From IMG/VR virus record IMGVR_UViG_3300025314_000014, positions 4,371-68,370 of that record: DNA of 64,000 nucleotides; one strand, written 5' to 3'. Shown piece by piece: positions 28,783-38,475 of this stretch. The first letter of the stretch is position 1, and each line of letters opens with the position of its first letter. The notes under the pieces were generated by a model, which saw nothing but the letters and a program-made list of their open reading frames with translations, had not been told where the DNA came from and ran no database searches. The translations under genes and the position numbers were made by a program. The stretch comes from a virus. Taxonomy: Duplodnaviria; Caudoviricetes.

Positions 28783-30573
28783 GTGCCTAAGATAGCCTAC
28801 TGGGGACCACACGACTACACTATAGAACAACTTGTTGAACGCCTCAAGACTGAGACTCCTGAATACTTCTCAGTTGACACAGAGACTATTTCCCTTAAGG
28901 ATAGGTCACTCATAGGTGTTGGTATAGGGCTCAATCAACAGGAAGCCGTATACTTTCCTGTTCTACCAGAAACATCACCTCACCTGAATCTACTCTGGAG
29001 GCTACTCTCTCTTCCCTCTGTAAAGGTATTCCACAATAGCCTCTATGACCTCATAGCCCTCAGTGACTATTGGGCAGAACAAACAGGAGAGAGCCCTATT
29101 GTTGAGTCTAATGGGCTCTATATTGGCCCTGTCCAGACTGGCTCTCGTATCCAGCCCTGCATAGCTGATACCTCTATCATGGGGCAAGTGCAGGGACTAC
29201 CTAATATAAAGTTGGCGGAAATGTCAGCCTCATATCTAGGATGGCAAATAGATGAGATTGCAGATATACTGCCTGCTCGACACAATATGCTAGACCTAGA
29301 AACAGAGGTAGTAGCAAGGAAATGCCTACATGACTGCCTTGCTACTATGCGCCTATTCTATAAGATGGATGGTCCTAAGTGGTGGGATGAGGATGGTCAC
29401 ACCTGGAACTATGAGCCTAGTCTGTATCTAGGATTTGACCCGACAGAGCCAGCCTCATATTATGTATCCTCCCAGATGAAGGACTGCTACCAGACTGATA
29501 TGAGGCTTGCCCCTCTCCTTATGAAGATGTCCTGGAGAGGAATGGCTATACGACAGCCTGAGTTGAGATACTGGTACGACCACTATAGCAAAGCCAAGCT
29601 GGTCTATGAGGACATTTGCTCCAAGGAAGGATTTAACCCTGCAAGCCCACAACAGGTAGGATATATCCTGGCATCTAGAGGAAACTTTCTACCTTTCACC
29701 AGGACAGGGCGCCAGTTAAAGACTGATGATGAGGCTCTGTCTGCACTGCCAGACCCTCTAGCAGCCGTAGTATTATCTTATAGGAAAGTTGCCAAGCTAA
29801 AGAGCACATATCTTGAGCCTTGGCTGGACGCTGAGAGGGCCTACACACACTTTAGACAGGATTTGAGTACCATGAGGTTAGCCTCATTTGGGAGAAATCT
29901 CCAAAATATACCTCCAGAGATAAGGAATATCTTTGCACCTGATAATGGAGTTTGGTCAGTCACAGACGCCAATGAAATTGAGATGCGGATATTTGCCTAT
30001 ATCACTAAAGACCCTGTTATGCTAGCTGCCTATGCTAACGGCTCCAGTGTCCACACGGATACCCAATTAGCCCTCTGGCCTGGGTCAGACCCAGATGACA
30101 AAGCTGCTCGCCTACCTGCAAAGACATTTGGGTTCGCAATGGTGTTCAATGCTTCAATAGAGACTCTAGCCTCTCACACTAAACTGCCTCTTAAAACCTG
30201 TAAAAGGTTCCGTGAAATATGGATGATGAGGTATAATGTAGCAGCAGATTGGATGGCAACCCAAATGGAGGAAGCACCATATAGAGGCTGGCAGGAATCC
30301 CTATTTGGTAGAAGAATGAGACTACCAGCTATAGGTGCAGCCAACTTCGAGCATATCCAGAAGTGCGCCTTGAACTACATCCCACAGGGAAGCGCAGCGG
30401 ATATAGTTAAGAGAGGAATGCTAATGTGTGAGGAGCTTGGAATGGATATAGCCCTACAAGTTCACGATGAAATTCTGGTAGACGGTTCTGTGGAGTTTCC
30501 TAAGGAGTTGGCCCATATCTGCCCTGGCCTGGAGACACCTTTTAAGTCTTACCAGAGTCCTGTTTGGCGTTAG
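28783..30573 (+). CDS. polA: Family A DNA polymerase with 3'-5' exonuclease
   Basis: Exo I VDTET, FHN...D, NLQNIP, motif A DANEIEMR, motif B RLPAKTFGF, QGSAAD, motif C QVHDE. Confidence 0.92.
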   Translation: MPKIAYWGPHDYTIEQLVERLKTETPEYFSVDTETISLKDRSLIGVGIGLNQQEAVYFPVLPETSPHLNLLWRLLSLPSVKVFHNSLYDLIALSDYWAEQTGESPIVESNGLYIGPVQTGSRIQPCIADTSIMGQVQGLPNIKLAEMSASYLGWQIDEIADILPARHNMLDLETEVVARKCLHDCLATMRLFYKMDGPKWWDEDGHTWNYEPSLYLGFDPTEPASYYVSSQMKDCYQTDMRLAPLLMKMSWRGMAIRQPELRYWYDHYSKAKLVYEDICSKEGFNPASPQQVGYILASRGNFLPFTRTGRQLKTDDEALSALPDPLAAVVLSYRKVAKLKSTYLEPWLDAERAYTHFRQDLSTMRLASFGRNLQNIPPEIRNIFAPDNGVWSVTDANEIEMRIFAYITKDPVMLAAYANGSSVHTDTQLALWPGSDPDDKAARLPAKTFGFAMVFNASIETLASHTKLPLKTCKRFREIWMMRYNVAADWMATQMEEAPYRGWQESLFGRRMRLPAIGAANFEHIQKCALNYIPQGSAADIVKRGMLMCEELGMDIALQVHDEILVDGSVEFPKELAHICPGLETPFKSYQSPVWR

Positions 30574-30583
30574 AACCAAGACA

Positions 30584-30636
30584 GGATTTCCCCAAGTAAT
30601 CTTCCGAAGGAGATTATAAGGTGAAACAGGAAATCC
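30584..30636. terminator. Hairpin between convergent polA and lysis genes
   Basis: TAATCTTC-CGAA-GGAGATTA inside outer GGATTTCC/GGAAATCC. Confidence 0.55.
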
Positions 30637-30640
30637 AGTA

Positions 30641-30943
30641 TCACCTGTTCATCCTATCCGAGAGATGGTCTAATCTGTCGGCTATCCTATCGAGTGTTCC
30701 TGCTACTCCTGTTAGCGTCATGCTAACCTGAGAGAGTATCCGCCCCTGTTCACCCTGGGCATCTATGAGCCTGGCAATGTTTGCCTCTCGTGCTCGGAAA
30801 GTTTCCCAGAGTTCGTCTCGTTTGACTATCACAGGACCATTCTTGTTATTACTCCTACCATTGCGCCTATAGATTAGGCCAATAAGAGCAACTGAGATGG
30901 GCATTGCTAGGCCCACAAGGATAACAGCATAAATCTCTGTCAC
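30641..30943 (-). CDS. Membrane-anchored coiled-coil lysis-region protein (start revised to 30943)
   Basis: GTG overlapping the holin stop (GTGA); one TM helix then coiled coil. Confidence 0.55.
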   Translation of the reverse strand: MTEIYAVILVGLAMPISVALIGLIYRRNGRSNNKNGPVIVKRDELWETFRAREANIARLIDAQGEQGRILSQVSMTLTGVAGTLDRIADRLDHLSDRMNR

Positions 30944-31155
30944 AGTCTTGGCTTTGCATACTTGTCGAAGGCACCGGCTAGGATAAGTGCTACGAACTGG
31001 ATGGGAACCTCTAGTAGTGCAAGCTCCTCTGTAGTGAGCCAATCCCATCGGAGAACAGTGAAGGCTACAAGGGCATTAACCGCACCTAACCATGCGCCTC
31101 TAGTGATGCCATCCTGGATTGCATTACCTGTTGAACCACTGGCAGTTCTAATCAC
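30940..31155 (-). CDS. Putative holin
   Basis: 71 aa, two TM segments, basic C-terminus, next to endolysin. Confidence 0.65.
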   Translation of the reverse strand: MIRTASGSTGNAIQDGITRGAWLGAVNALVAFTVLRWDWLTTEELALLEVPIQFVALILAGAFDKYAKPRL

Positions 31156-31165
31156 TGTATACCCC

Positions 31166-32107
31166 CTATGGAATAGTGAGAACCATTCCTGGCTGGATGA
31201 GGTTGGGATTGGGACCTATGACTGCCTTGTTCAGGGTGTAGAGTGCATCCAGGCTGACGCCGAACTTGGTGGCTATCCTTGTCAGGTTGTCGCCTGAGAC
31301 CACAGTATAGGTGCGCTGAGTGGAAGTAGGAGTTGGCGCAGTGCCGCCCGCTGGACCTGCAGGACCTGTTGCGCCTGTCGGACCTGGAATCGGCGTAGGC
31401 AATGTCTTGGCCTGCTCTACCTCAGCCTCGACCGTGCGCCCTAGAGCCGCAAAATCGTCTGCTATCTTACCCATGAGAACCTCCTTTGGGCTGGGTACTG
31501 GCGCTGGAACAGGCGTAGCCCTCAGCCAATCTGCGTCAAAGACGTTGAAGTCCACCGTAGTCCCATAGGCGGACGTGCTCCCTGTATACTGGTGCCCAAT
31601 GATAGGTCCATAACCTGGCCTGGTAGGAATGCTCAGGTTTGGAATACCGTTATAGACTGCCAGCCAAACGGGAGGCGCACCAATGATAGGATAGTGCCCT
31701 AGCTCAGAGCGCCAAATATCCCAGAACCAGTTGCCAGTATATAGGATAAATCGCTTGTCGAGTCTCTCTACCTCAGCGAAGGCATCCTTCAGAATTGCCT
31801 CTGTCACACCTCTTATTTCTACATCTGGGCTAACAAAGAGAAGATGAGGCCACTCATCACCAACAGCTACCTTCGCCTGCTGCACTGACCAAGCACCAGG
31901 CCTGTTGTTGATAACAGCATAGATAGCGGTGCTCAGGTCTATACTACGGCTTCGCTTCAGGACAGAATGCACATAAGGGTTTGCATCGAGGCCATGCCAG
32001 GCTCCAACACAGATACCCTGAACACCGTCCGCTTTCATTGCCCTCAGGGAAGTATCACTGACATTTCCCTGCCACTTTGAGAGGTCAACCCACTTCTCAA
32101 GTATCAT
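31166..32107 (-). CDS. Endolysin: GH25-like muramidase plus LysM
   Basis: VDLSKWQG, DVE, ILYTG, WLAVY, HQYT, VDFN; C-terminal LysM YTVVSGDNLTRIA...PNLIQPGMVLTIP. Confidence 0.9.
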   Translation of the reverse strand: MILEKWVDLSKWQGNVSDTSLRAMKADGVQGICVGAWHGLDANPYVHSVLKRSRSIDLSTAIYAVINNRPGAWSVQQAKVAVGDEWPHLLFVSPDVEIRGVTEAILKDAFAEVERLDKRFILYTGNWFWDIWRSELGHYPIIGAPPVWLAVYNGIPNLSIPTRPGYGPIIGHQYTGSTSAYGTTVDFNVFDADWLRATPVPAPVPSPKEVLMGKIADDFAALGRTVEAEVEQAKTLPTPIPGPTGATGPAGPAGGTAPTPTSTQRTYTVVSGDNLTRIATKFGVSLDALYTLNKAVIGPNPNLIQPGMVLTIP

Positions 32108-32114
32108 GGCACTC

Positions 32115-32215
32115 CTACTTTAGCCCTAGCACCCTAAGTATATCCAATATGAGGCCCCTCTAGTGATGCCATCTTGGATGGAATTGCCTGTTGAGCCACT
32201 TGCTGTTTTCAGCAT
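32115..32215 (-). pseudogene. Remnant of a second holin copy
   Basis: MLKTASGSTGNSIQDGITRGA is 18/21 identical to the holin N-terminus, then an early stop; hydrophobic GLILDILRVLGLK-stop in another frame. Confidence 0.7.
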
Positions 32216-32976
32216 TATGACCAGCCTCCTGGCTTTAGACTTACCCAGATTGCAGGAGAGATGGCATCCTTAAATGCCCCAAGGGGAAACACGTCTGGCA
32301 AGGGTCCGTAGGTGGTTGGTTTACGCCAAGCACAATATGCCACATCAGGTATTGTGGACGAATATCCAAGGATTATCCAAGTACCAGCCTGAGTGCTCTC
32401 TACGGAGCGGAACTGAGCCCCTGGTGGAACTGTAGTGTTCGCCGTCATTGCAAGCCAACTAAGTCCTCTCGCCGTCCTTTCACCGGCAGTCTGCGCCTCC
32501 TTAAATCCCGTCGTTCCTACACTGACCTCGCCAGAACCATAAATAAGCCTATCTGGGTAGACATCGCCTGTATCGGTATATATTCCTATACGGGCATTTT
32601 TGCCTGCTTCAAGTGCCGTTACCTCTACCATTAACTTATCTAAAAGGCTCCCAACTCCGAGGTATATGGGAAGGGCGTAGATATCTCCACTTGCGGACGG
32701 CCTAGTTGATGCGACAGACTTCGTTGTCAGCACACCGGCCAGGTAGAAATCTCCATCCTCCCTCCTTAATGTTTGTGAAGAGTCCGCTCCAGGGAATGAC
32801 CCAAGTAGTGTACTTCCTAGAGAGCGGTCCTCCACCAACCTACCCAGCAACGCACTATGCTGGTCAACCACAGCCTTCAGGTCACCATCTCCACCAACGA
32901 GGCCTAGCTTGAGTAGTCGCTCCAACTCTCGGACTCGCTTTTCCAGGACTGCAACCTTCCGGTCTAGCTCTGGCAT
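32215..32976 (-). CDS. Putative tail needle/fibre protein
   Basis: N-terminal coiled coil plus beta-sandwich-like C-domain downstream of tail genes. Confidence 0.5.
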   Translation of the reverse strand: MPELDRKVAVLEKRVRELERLLKLGLVGGDGDLKAVVDQHSALLGRLVEDRSLGSTLLGSFPGADSSQTLRREDGDFYLAGVLTTKSVASTRPSASGDIYALPIYLGVGSLLDKLMVEVTALEAGKNARIGIYTDTGDVYPDRLIYGSGEVSVGTTGFKEAQTAGERTARGLSWLAMTANTTVPPGAQFRSVESTQAGTWIILGYSSTIPDVAYCAWRKPTTYGPLPDVFPLGAFKDAISPAIWVSLKPGGWS

Positions 32977-34793
32977 TAGGCCACTTCCCTCTCCTGAAGC
33001 TCAACCGTTACCATATACTCCGGCTCTACATCAGGCTCCTGTATCACTTCTACAAGCTGTAGAGACCTCACTACCATATCTTTGTTCTCACCCCAAGGGC
33101 CACTTGCCTTCACAGTTGTTGCACTCTCATTCAGAGCGGCTAGGTCACTAAGCTGTTCAGCAGAAGACCTATACTCCTTCCCAATATCTAGGCTAGAGTC
33201 TCTAGCCAAATGAAGCTGTACTATATAGGCAGGAAGTTTCCTGCTTTGAGGAACCGCAAAAGGCTCAAAGTAGACTATCTCGCCTGCTGTCGTACTAACA
33301 TCTCCAATGTAAGACAAGCGGTACTGTATCTCTCTGCCGACGGCAGTTAGGGGTAGGAAGAAGGTTTGGCGTCCGTCACTGATTATCGACATAGTAATGC
33401 CATTTATATCTAGGGATGAGAATGCACCTCCATCCACACTATAGGCCAACTCCCAGCGCCTGATAGCCGTGAGATTTTTACCTACTAGGACCACCTTGGG
33501 AAAGTCCTTAAGACCCCAATCACCAAAGTTATATTTATTGCTGTAGAGCGAGCCTACAGTCGAGAACCTATAGTCGGCATCAGATACATCAGGTGCTCCT
33601 CCTGAATTGGATAGCTTTAGGTAGTATATATTGTTGCCTTTACCGAACCAAAGCCTAGGAGGTGATGTCAAAGTAGATAGATGCAGGGCCTGACTAGGGA
33701 ATGTCACCATAACCCAAGTGTGCCAGACAAGAGGCCCAAATCCAGGTTCACCACTCCCTCTATCTCTGGCAATCACAATCCAAGAGACTGTCGAAAGGTT
33801 TAATATACCAAAGAGCCATTGGTTATCGGTAGCAAAGTCCATGAACCTGCCCTTGACAAGGCTCTCATTCATGGTTTCCTTCTCAAGGCCTATGCTCTCA
33901 ACCAGTCCTGGAAGGAATCTATACGTACCCCTACTATGAGGGATAATAGCATAGGGTTCATGCACCCTCATGCCTTGGCAGTTGGTAGCATCTCGTATCA
34001 TACGCTTAATGAGAGGGACACCCTTACCTTCGGGGCTCACTCCAAAGAGGCCCTCTGGCTTACCTACCAGAACAGTTTTCTCAAAGGCCAATAGTCCAGT
34101 AGGCTTAGTATCAACTTCCCCACATTGTATCCTGTCAGCCCAGTTAATCGCTGCTAGAGGATTGAGACCAGATACCACGTTCCTAAGGAGGCCATCGGCC
34201 TGGACACCAAACAGTCGGTCTATACCTGCTGCCAACTTATATGGTTTGATACCAACAGCAGCCTGAGTCCAAGTGTCAGGTGAGCCTATAGCCGAGACCT
34301 CCCATAGCGACTGGTCGGCAGCATCAGTAGTGACCAGGCCTTTATTGCTCTCCCATTTTAAGCCATCAACTCCGAGAACACCTGCTCCGAAGTCCTTGGA
34401 CTCCACAACAGCATCAGTAGCAGGGTCTATCCTGAAGACACGCCTTCCTGCCACAACGAATATGTAGCCTAGCGCCTCGAAGATTCGGGTGGGAGGGGAT
34501 ACACTACCTGTGAGAGTAAGTGCAGTCAGTAGCGGACCAGGCAAAAGCCTGAATGGAAACCTTGTGTCGGTATTGACACCGTATTCATATGTACCTGGTA
34601 TGCCTTGCCGTGTCTTAAAACCTCCTAGGTGCCATGTCTCTGAGGGCTCAGAAAGCATTGCTGGTAGGCCATCAGCCCAGGGGGGCTCATGTAGGAATTG
34701 CTTTTGCCAGGCTTGCCTATCCTCAGTCTCAGCCAGCAGATAAGACTCAGCCCCTATCTTCACCGTCCCTATATGCTTGGGTCTACTGACCAT
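32976..34793 (-). CDS. Putative tail nozzle/hub protein
   Basis: 605 aa, beta-propeller-like composition, follows the adaptor gene; podoviral order. Confidence 0.55.
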   Translation of the reverse strand: MVSRPKHIGTVKIGAESYLLAETEDRQAWQKQFLHEPPWADGLPAMLSEPSETWHLGGFKTRQGIPGTYEYGVNTDTRFPFRLLPGPLLTALTLTGSVSPPTRIFEALGYIFVVAGRRVFRIDPATDAVVESKDFGAGVLGVDGLKWESNKGLVTTDAADQSLWEVSAIGSPDTWTQAAVGIKPYKLAAGIDRLFGVQADGLLRNVVSGLNPLAAINWADRIQCGEVDTKPTGLLAFEKTVLVGKPEGLFGVSPEGKGVPLIKRMIRDATNCQGMRVHEPYAIIPHSRGTYRFLPGLVESIGLEKETMNESLVKGRFMDFATDNQWLFGILNLSTVSWIVIARDRGSGEPGFGPLVWHTWVMVTFPSQALHLSTLTSPPRLWFGKGNNIYYLKLSNSGGAPDVSDADYRFSTVGSLYSNKYNFGDWGLKDFPKVVLVGKNLTAIRRWELAYSVDGGAFSSLDINGITMSIISDGRQTFFLPLTAVGREIQYRLSYIGDVSTTAGEIVYFEPFAVPQSRKLPAYIVQLHLARDSSLDIGKEYRSSAEQLSDLAALNESATTVKASGPWGENKDMVVRSLQLVEVIQEPDVEPEYMVTVELQEREVA

Positions 34794-34796
34794 CAG

Positions 34797-35936
34797 TTAC
34801 CTCGATTGGAAAGGCTGCGGAACTACAGGTGGGAAGGGCAATTGAGCAGGACCAACTCTAGGCTTAGGTCGATGTCTAACCAATAGCTTATGCAACTCCG
34901 AGGTATGAACAGCCCTAGCCTTAATCCAAGAGCCCCTCTCCTCTGCTGACCCACGACTAGGACGGCTAAGATAGGCTAGTACCTCATCATAGATTAACGC
35001 CACCACTAGCTCCTCTGCTGCAACAGCAGGTAGGGCAGAAGCATCGGTGTAGACTGGAAGCATAGGCCTTGTCGTCTCTAAATACAGCACTGTAGAAGTA
35101 TCAATTGCAGGGCTAATAGAGAGAGTGAGAATACCCTTATCCTGTCGAACCCTCCACCACCTGCCATTACCTGCCCAGGAGTGGTCTACTCCATCATCTA
35201 TACTACTGGCACGCCTGGGATAGTATCTTACATCGTGTACCTGTCCCTGGTCAATGAGCCAGGGAATGCCAGATAGGTCATACTCATCCTGGTTGGCAAC
35301 ACCATTGATAGGAACCCTATCTAGGAAGTAGTATCTAGCTAGTCCCCTATTCATAGCATCTTCCCAAATGATAGGGTCTGCAAGCCAATGCCATTCTATT
35401 TCCTCTCCACTAGCAGGAGTTGCACTCCAAGCAGGAAGAACTGTGAACTTTCCTGTAGTGGGGTTACTTGCTGATATTATCCTAACTAGCCCAGCCTGAG
35501 TACCTGTAGTGGGGAGCAGCCATGAACCTTTGCCACGGTCAGCCCTGAATAGGCTAGTCTTGACTCTGTAGTCTACTGTACCTAACTCTCCACCACTGGC
35601 ACCTGTACCATCGGAGGCAAGTACCATTCCTGCCCCATACTTGAGCAGTGCAGCTTGCCTAGCTCTGAGCCTAGTTACTCCATCAACTCGGAATGGGTCA
35701 GAGTAGTCAGAGTTAACAGGCCCAACAGCATGGTGGAACCTGTAGCGATACCACTTGTTAAGGTCACCTGTGGAATCGTTAATAGTATAGTAATAGGTAT
35801 TGGCCACAAGAGCTTTAGTTGTTACCTGTGCGTAAGTACCACCTACTGTAGCTGCTCTTTCTAGCTCGATTGTGGTATAGGTTGCAATTATAGTTGCTAT
35901 ATCCTCAACGACAACTCGGACATCAACTCCTGCCAT
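34797..35936 (-). CDS. Putative head-tail adaptor protein
   Basis: 379 aa; NQDEYDL-type motif and helical C-terminus typical of podoviral adaptors; AGGAGG SD. Confidence 0.5.
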   Translation of the reverse strand: MAGVDVRVVVEDIATIIATYTTIELERAATVGGTYAQVTTKALVANTYYYTINDSTGDLNKWYRYRFHHAVGPVNSDYSDPFRVDGVTRLRARQAALLKYGAGMVLASDGTGASGGELGTVDYRVKTSLFRADRGKGSWLLPTTGTQAGLVRIISASNPTTGKFTVLPAWSATPASGEEIEWHWLADPIIWEDAMNRGLARYYFLDRVPINGVANQDEYDLSGIPWLIDQGQVHDVRYYPRRASSIDDGVDHSWAGNGRWWRVRQDKGILTLSISPAIDTSTVLYLETTRPMLPVYTDASALPAVAAEELVVALIYDEVLAYLSRPSRGSAEERGSWIKARAVHTSELHKLLVRHRPKPRVGPAQLPFPPVVPQPFQSR

Positions 35937-35945
35937 GCTAACCTC

Positions 35946-36116
35946 CTATGGCTGAAACCCGTAGTTCCTTTTTCCGCTCCCAGGGGACGGAGGCTTCTGT
36001 GTAGCTCCTGTAGGGGCAGTAGGCTTAGCCTGTCCTCGGCTTGAACCTATAGCTGGTGCGGCCCTCTTACCAGCCTTGCCAATACTAGGATTTAATTGCT
36101 TATTTGCCTTAGCCAT
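35946..36116 (-). CDS. Small basic protein (56 aa, not in ORF track)
   Basis: MAKANKQLNPSIGKAGKRAAP...; GGGAG SD. Confidence 0.55.
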   Translation of the reverse strand: MAKANKQLNPSIGKAGKRAAPAIGSSRGQAKPTAPTGATQKPPSPGSGKRNYGFQP

Positions 36117-36273
36117 TTATCTCCCTTTGCACATAGCTGGTAGCTACTGGCGGCTTAGTCTGGGCTCTTGGGATAGCCTCTCTAGGGAACCGAAATGGTA
36201 CAGCAGGTTCCCCTGTTTGGAAAGCACTATTCTGGAAGGCATTTGGTTGAAAGGCGATTGGTGTTCCAGCCAT
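36109..36273 (-). CDS. Small virion-type protein (54 aa, not in ORF track)
   Basis: MAGTPIAFQPNAFQNSAFQTG... with AFQ repeats. Confidence 0.55.
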   Translation of the reverse strand: MAGTPIAFQPNAFQNSAFQTGEPAVPFRFPREAIPRAQTKPPVATSYVQREING

Positions 36274-36326
36274 TAACCACTACCCTCTAAGAGTATCCTT
36301 TACCGCCTCTTTTGCCTGGTTCACTG

Positions 36327-37688
36327 TCATACCACCATCCCAAACCTGCGCCGTTCAGCGGGTGCTGCCCCTGGAGGGTCTTCCCAAAGAGGGTCTCCAG
36401 GTGGGGTTGGCGTATCGGCAGGAGCATCGATATAGTCCCCAATGGGGATGGCATAGAACTCCCCCATCTCCTCGGTGTTCCGCGACTTCAGACCAGCCTG
36501 GAGGGCGTTGAACAGGGTCGGCGTCCAGGCGGAGCCCTCCGGCGTGGTACGCATCAGACGGGAGAACCAAAGCCGCGAAGGCGTGCCATTGGCATTATAG
36601 CCGCTACCGTAATCGCCGCTGAGGTCGGTCAGGCTGCTGCTGGTAGTGCGGGCGTGGGGGTAGTGGCCCTCATAGGCAGGAGCAAAACCTTCACCCCTAA
36701 AGGTCGATATGACCTGCTCCCAGCACAGCAGCACGGCCTCCACCGTGGCTGTCTGTCCAGCCTCGTCCACCAGGTCGGGAAAGCCGAATATCTCAAGCTG
36801 GTCGGCGGCCCCAGGGGTGCAAACGTTGGTGTCGGTGTTGGCATCCCCCACGCCTGCGTCCTTCTCGTCATCCACGTCCAGGTGCGAGCCCGTCCAGGCG
36901 TTCTCGCCCGTGACGTTCTTGCGGGCCTGGTAACATATCGTCCGTAGATTCAGCCCTGGGCGGTCGGCCTCAGCGTCTCCCTCGGCGCTGCACCAGTCAT
37001 CGGCCACCACTTGCATACCAGTATCAGCACCCTTAGCGCCCGCAACCTTTCGGGAGTCAGGCAGGAGATGGCCAGAGGTGCGAACAGTGCCGGAGGTAAC
37101 AGCCGCTCCCGCCGTCCCGTCCACCCATAGCTTGCAGTTGTCTGTCCCGCCCGCTGTGTTCAGGGCCAGGACGATATAGCGTACCGTCGTCCCGGCTGTG
37201 AAGGTAGCACTGTTGCCGCCCAGTTTAACATCGAAGGCACCAGTGTTGGTGAAACGCTGGATGGTGAATTGGAAGGTGGCGGGCGGGCCAGCCGAGACGA
37301 TAGCGACACCTACACCCAGGTATTTGTCCCCAGTGGCCGGTGCCCAATGCTCAGTACAACGGGCAGCAAGGTAATCATTGCCGACAGTTGGGGGTGTGTC
37401 AAAGCCGATGATGGCCACGGGGACAACCCAGAATAACCAGTCCTTGGTGCGGGCGAACACATGGCCACAGCGGGCGTCAATGCCAGACGAGAAACCGCCG
37501 CCGAGCATCCGATGAGCGAAGTAGCCACTGCGCTTAGTGGACTTCTCAGGAGCGGGAGGGCCAGACCCCCCTACGTTCCAGTTGGGGCCTGTGATGAACG
37601 TCTTTGTCTGCGTGTCATTGGCGGAATAGAGATAGCGGATGGGGCCATGCTCCCAGCCGCCCCCTACGTGTAGCCAGCTACGGCTCAT
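36327..37688 (-). CDS. Putative tail/receptor-binding protein
   Basis: 453 aa, beta-rich lectin/LamG-like pattern, GC-rich. Confidence 0.55.
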   Translation of the reverse strand: MSRSWLHVGGGWEHGPIRYLYSANDTQTKTFITGPNWNVGGSGPPAPEKSTKRSGYFAHRMLGGGFSSGIDARCGHVFARTKDWLFWVVPVAIIGFDTPPTVGNDYLAARCTEHWAPATGDKYLGVGVAIVSAGPPATFQFTIQRFTNTGAFDVKLGGNSATFTAGTTVRYIVLALNTAGGTDNCKLWVDGTAGAAVTSGTVRTSGHLLPDSRKVAGAKGADTGMQVVADDWCSAEGDAEADRPGLNLRTICYQARKNVTGENAWTGSHLDVDDEKDAGVGDANTDTNVCTPGAADQLEIFGFPDLVDEAGQTATVEAVLLCWEQVISTFRGEGFAPAYEGHYPHARTTSSSLTDLSGDYGSGYNANGTPSRLWFSRLMRTTPEGSAWTPTLFNALQAGLKSRNTEEMGEFYAIPIGDYIDAPADTPTPPGDPLWEDPPGAAPAERRRFGMVV

Positions 37689-37689
37689 C

Positions 37690-38475
37690 CTAGTACCCCC
37701 GCCAATGCCAGCCTGGGTTCAGCCAGTCATCAGGTTGGGGTAGGGGCCGCACGATTGGAGGTAGAGCAGAGTAGACAAAACAGTGATGGGGGGCGGGCTG
37801 TTGCAAGTCAGCTTGGGCCTCCAGCCAGCGGGCCAGCGCATAGCGGCTGGGCTCAGGTAGAGCGGGTAGGTTCATAGCGTCCAGATGAATGCTAGCTCCG
37901 TCCGGCCACGACACGTCCGTCGCCAGGGGCGCGCCCTGGAATAGCGGTGTCCCCTCCTTGAGTGCCTTGACCAACTCCTCAAACCGCTCGGCCAACCCAG
38001 GGTAAGGTTGGAACACCAGACGGAAGGCTGCTGCCAGTTTCTCCCTCTGCGTGACCGTAAGCCCGTCCCACCAGTAGGTCTTGGAGGTGTCCCAGGAGGC
38101 TCTGGCATAATCGCCCCCCAACACGTAGCTAGCAACGGCTATGACCTTGGGCCTGGCAGTAGCAGCGACTAGGGCCACCCTGTCTCTGATGATGGTGCCC
38201 ACGGGCTCGTGGTGTAGAGACCCGATGTCGGCGGGCCACAGAGAGCCGGAGAGGTTCTGATTGCCCCGCCAGTAACAACTATAGGTCTGGGCGGCTCGCC
38301 AATCAGCAGGGCCGGTGTTGCCTATGAAGTCCGTACCGCGAATGTCCCCCACAAAACGAGTGCCGAGGTCGAACGTGCAACCCCGAACCAGAGACTCGCG
38401 GGCATGACCGTCCGGTCGTGTGGAGGCGTCAAGTACCTGGCCGGTCAAGTCTTGGTTAGTGAGAACTACTCTCAT
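37690..38475 (-). CDS. Hypothetical protein in the fibre cluster
   Basis: 261 aa, translationally coupled to neighbours. Confidence 0.6.
   Translation of the reverse strand: MRVVLTNQDLTGQVLDASTRPDGHARESLVRGCTFDLGTRFVGDIRGTDFIGNTGPADWRAAQTYSCYWRGNQNLSGSLWPADIGSLHHEPVGTIIRDRVALVAATARPKVIAVASYVLGGDYARASWDTSKTYWWDGLTVTQREKLAAAFRLVFQPYPGLAERFEELVKALKEGTPLFQGAPLATDVSWPDGASIHLDAMNLPALPEPSRYALARWLEAQADLQQPAPHHCFVYSALPPIVRPLPQPDDWLNPGWHWRGY

Larger units (their letters stand above)
1..36329. mobile_element. Phage genome A (podovirus-like, possibly near-complete); right boundary approximate
   Basis: Head/packaging module, divergent early/replication arm, lysis and short-tail genes. Mostly uniform CTAG-rich, CpG-poor sequence style (by eye) that changes abruptly near 36.3 kb. 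No tape-measure gene and no integrase seen. Confidence 0.75.

Noticed and set aside
28783-30573. DpoZ / Z-genome polymerase
   Set aside because: No purZ, mazZ or datZ-like gene recognised in the window.
1-36329. TAG stop-codon recoding suggested by frequent CTAG/TAG
   Set aside because: Genes are full length and tightly packed under code 11, and TAG is used as a normal stop (e.g. MCP A, polA).
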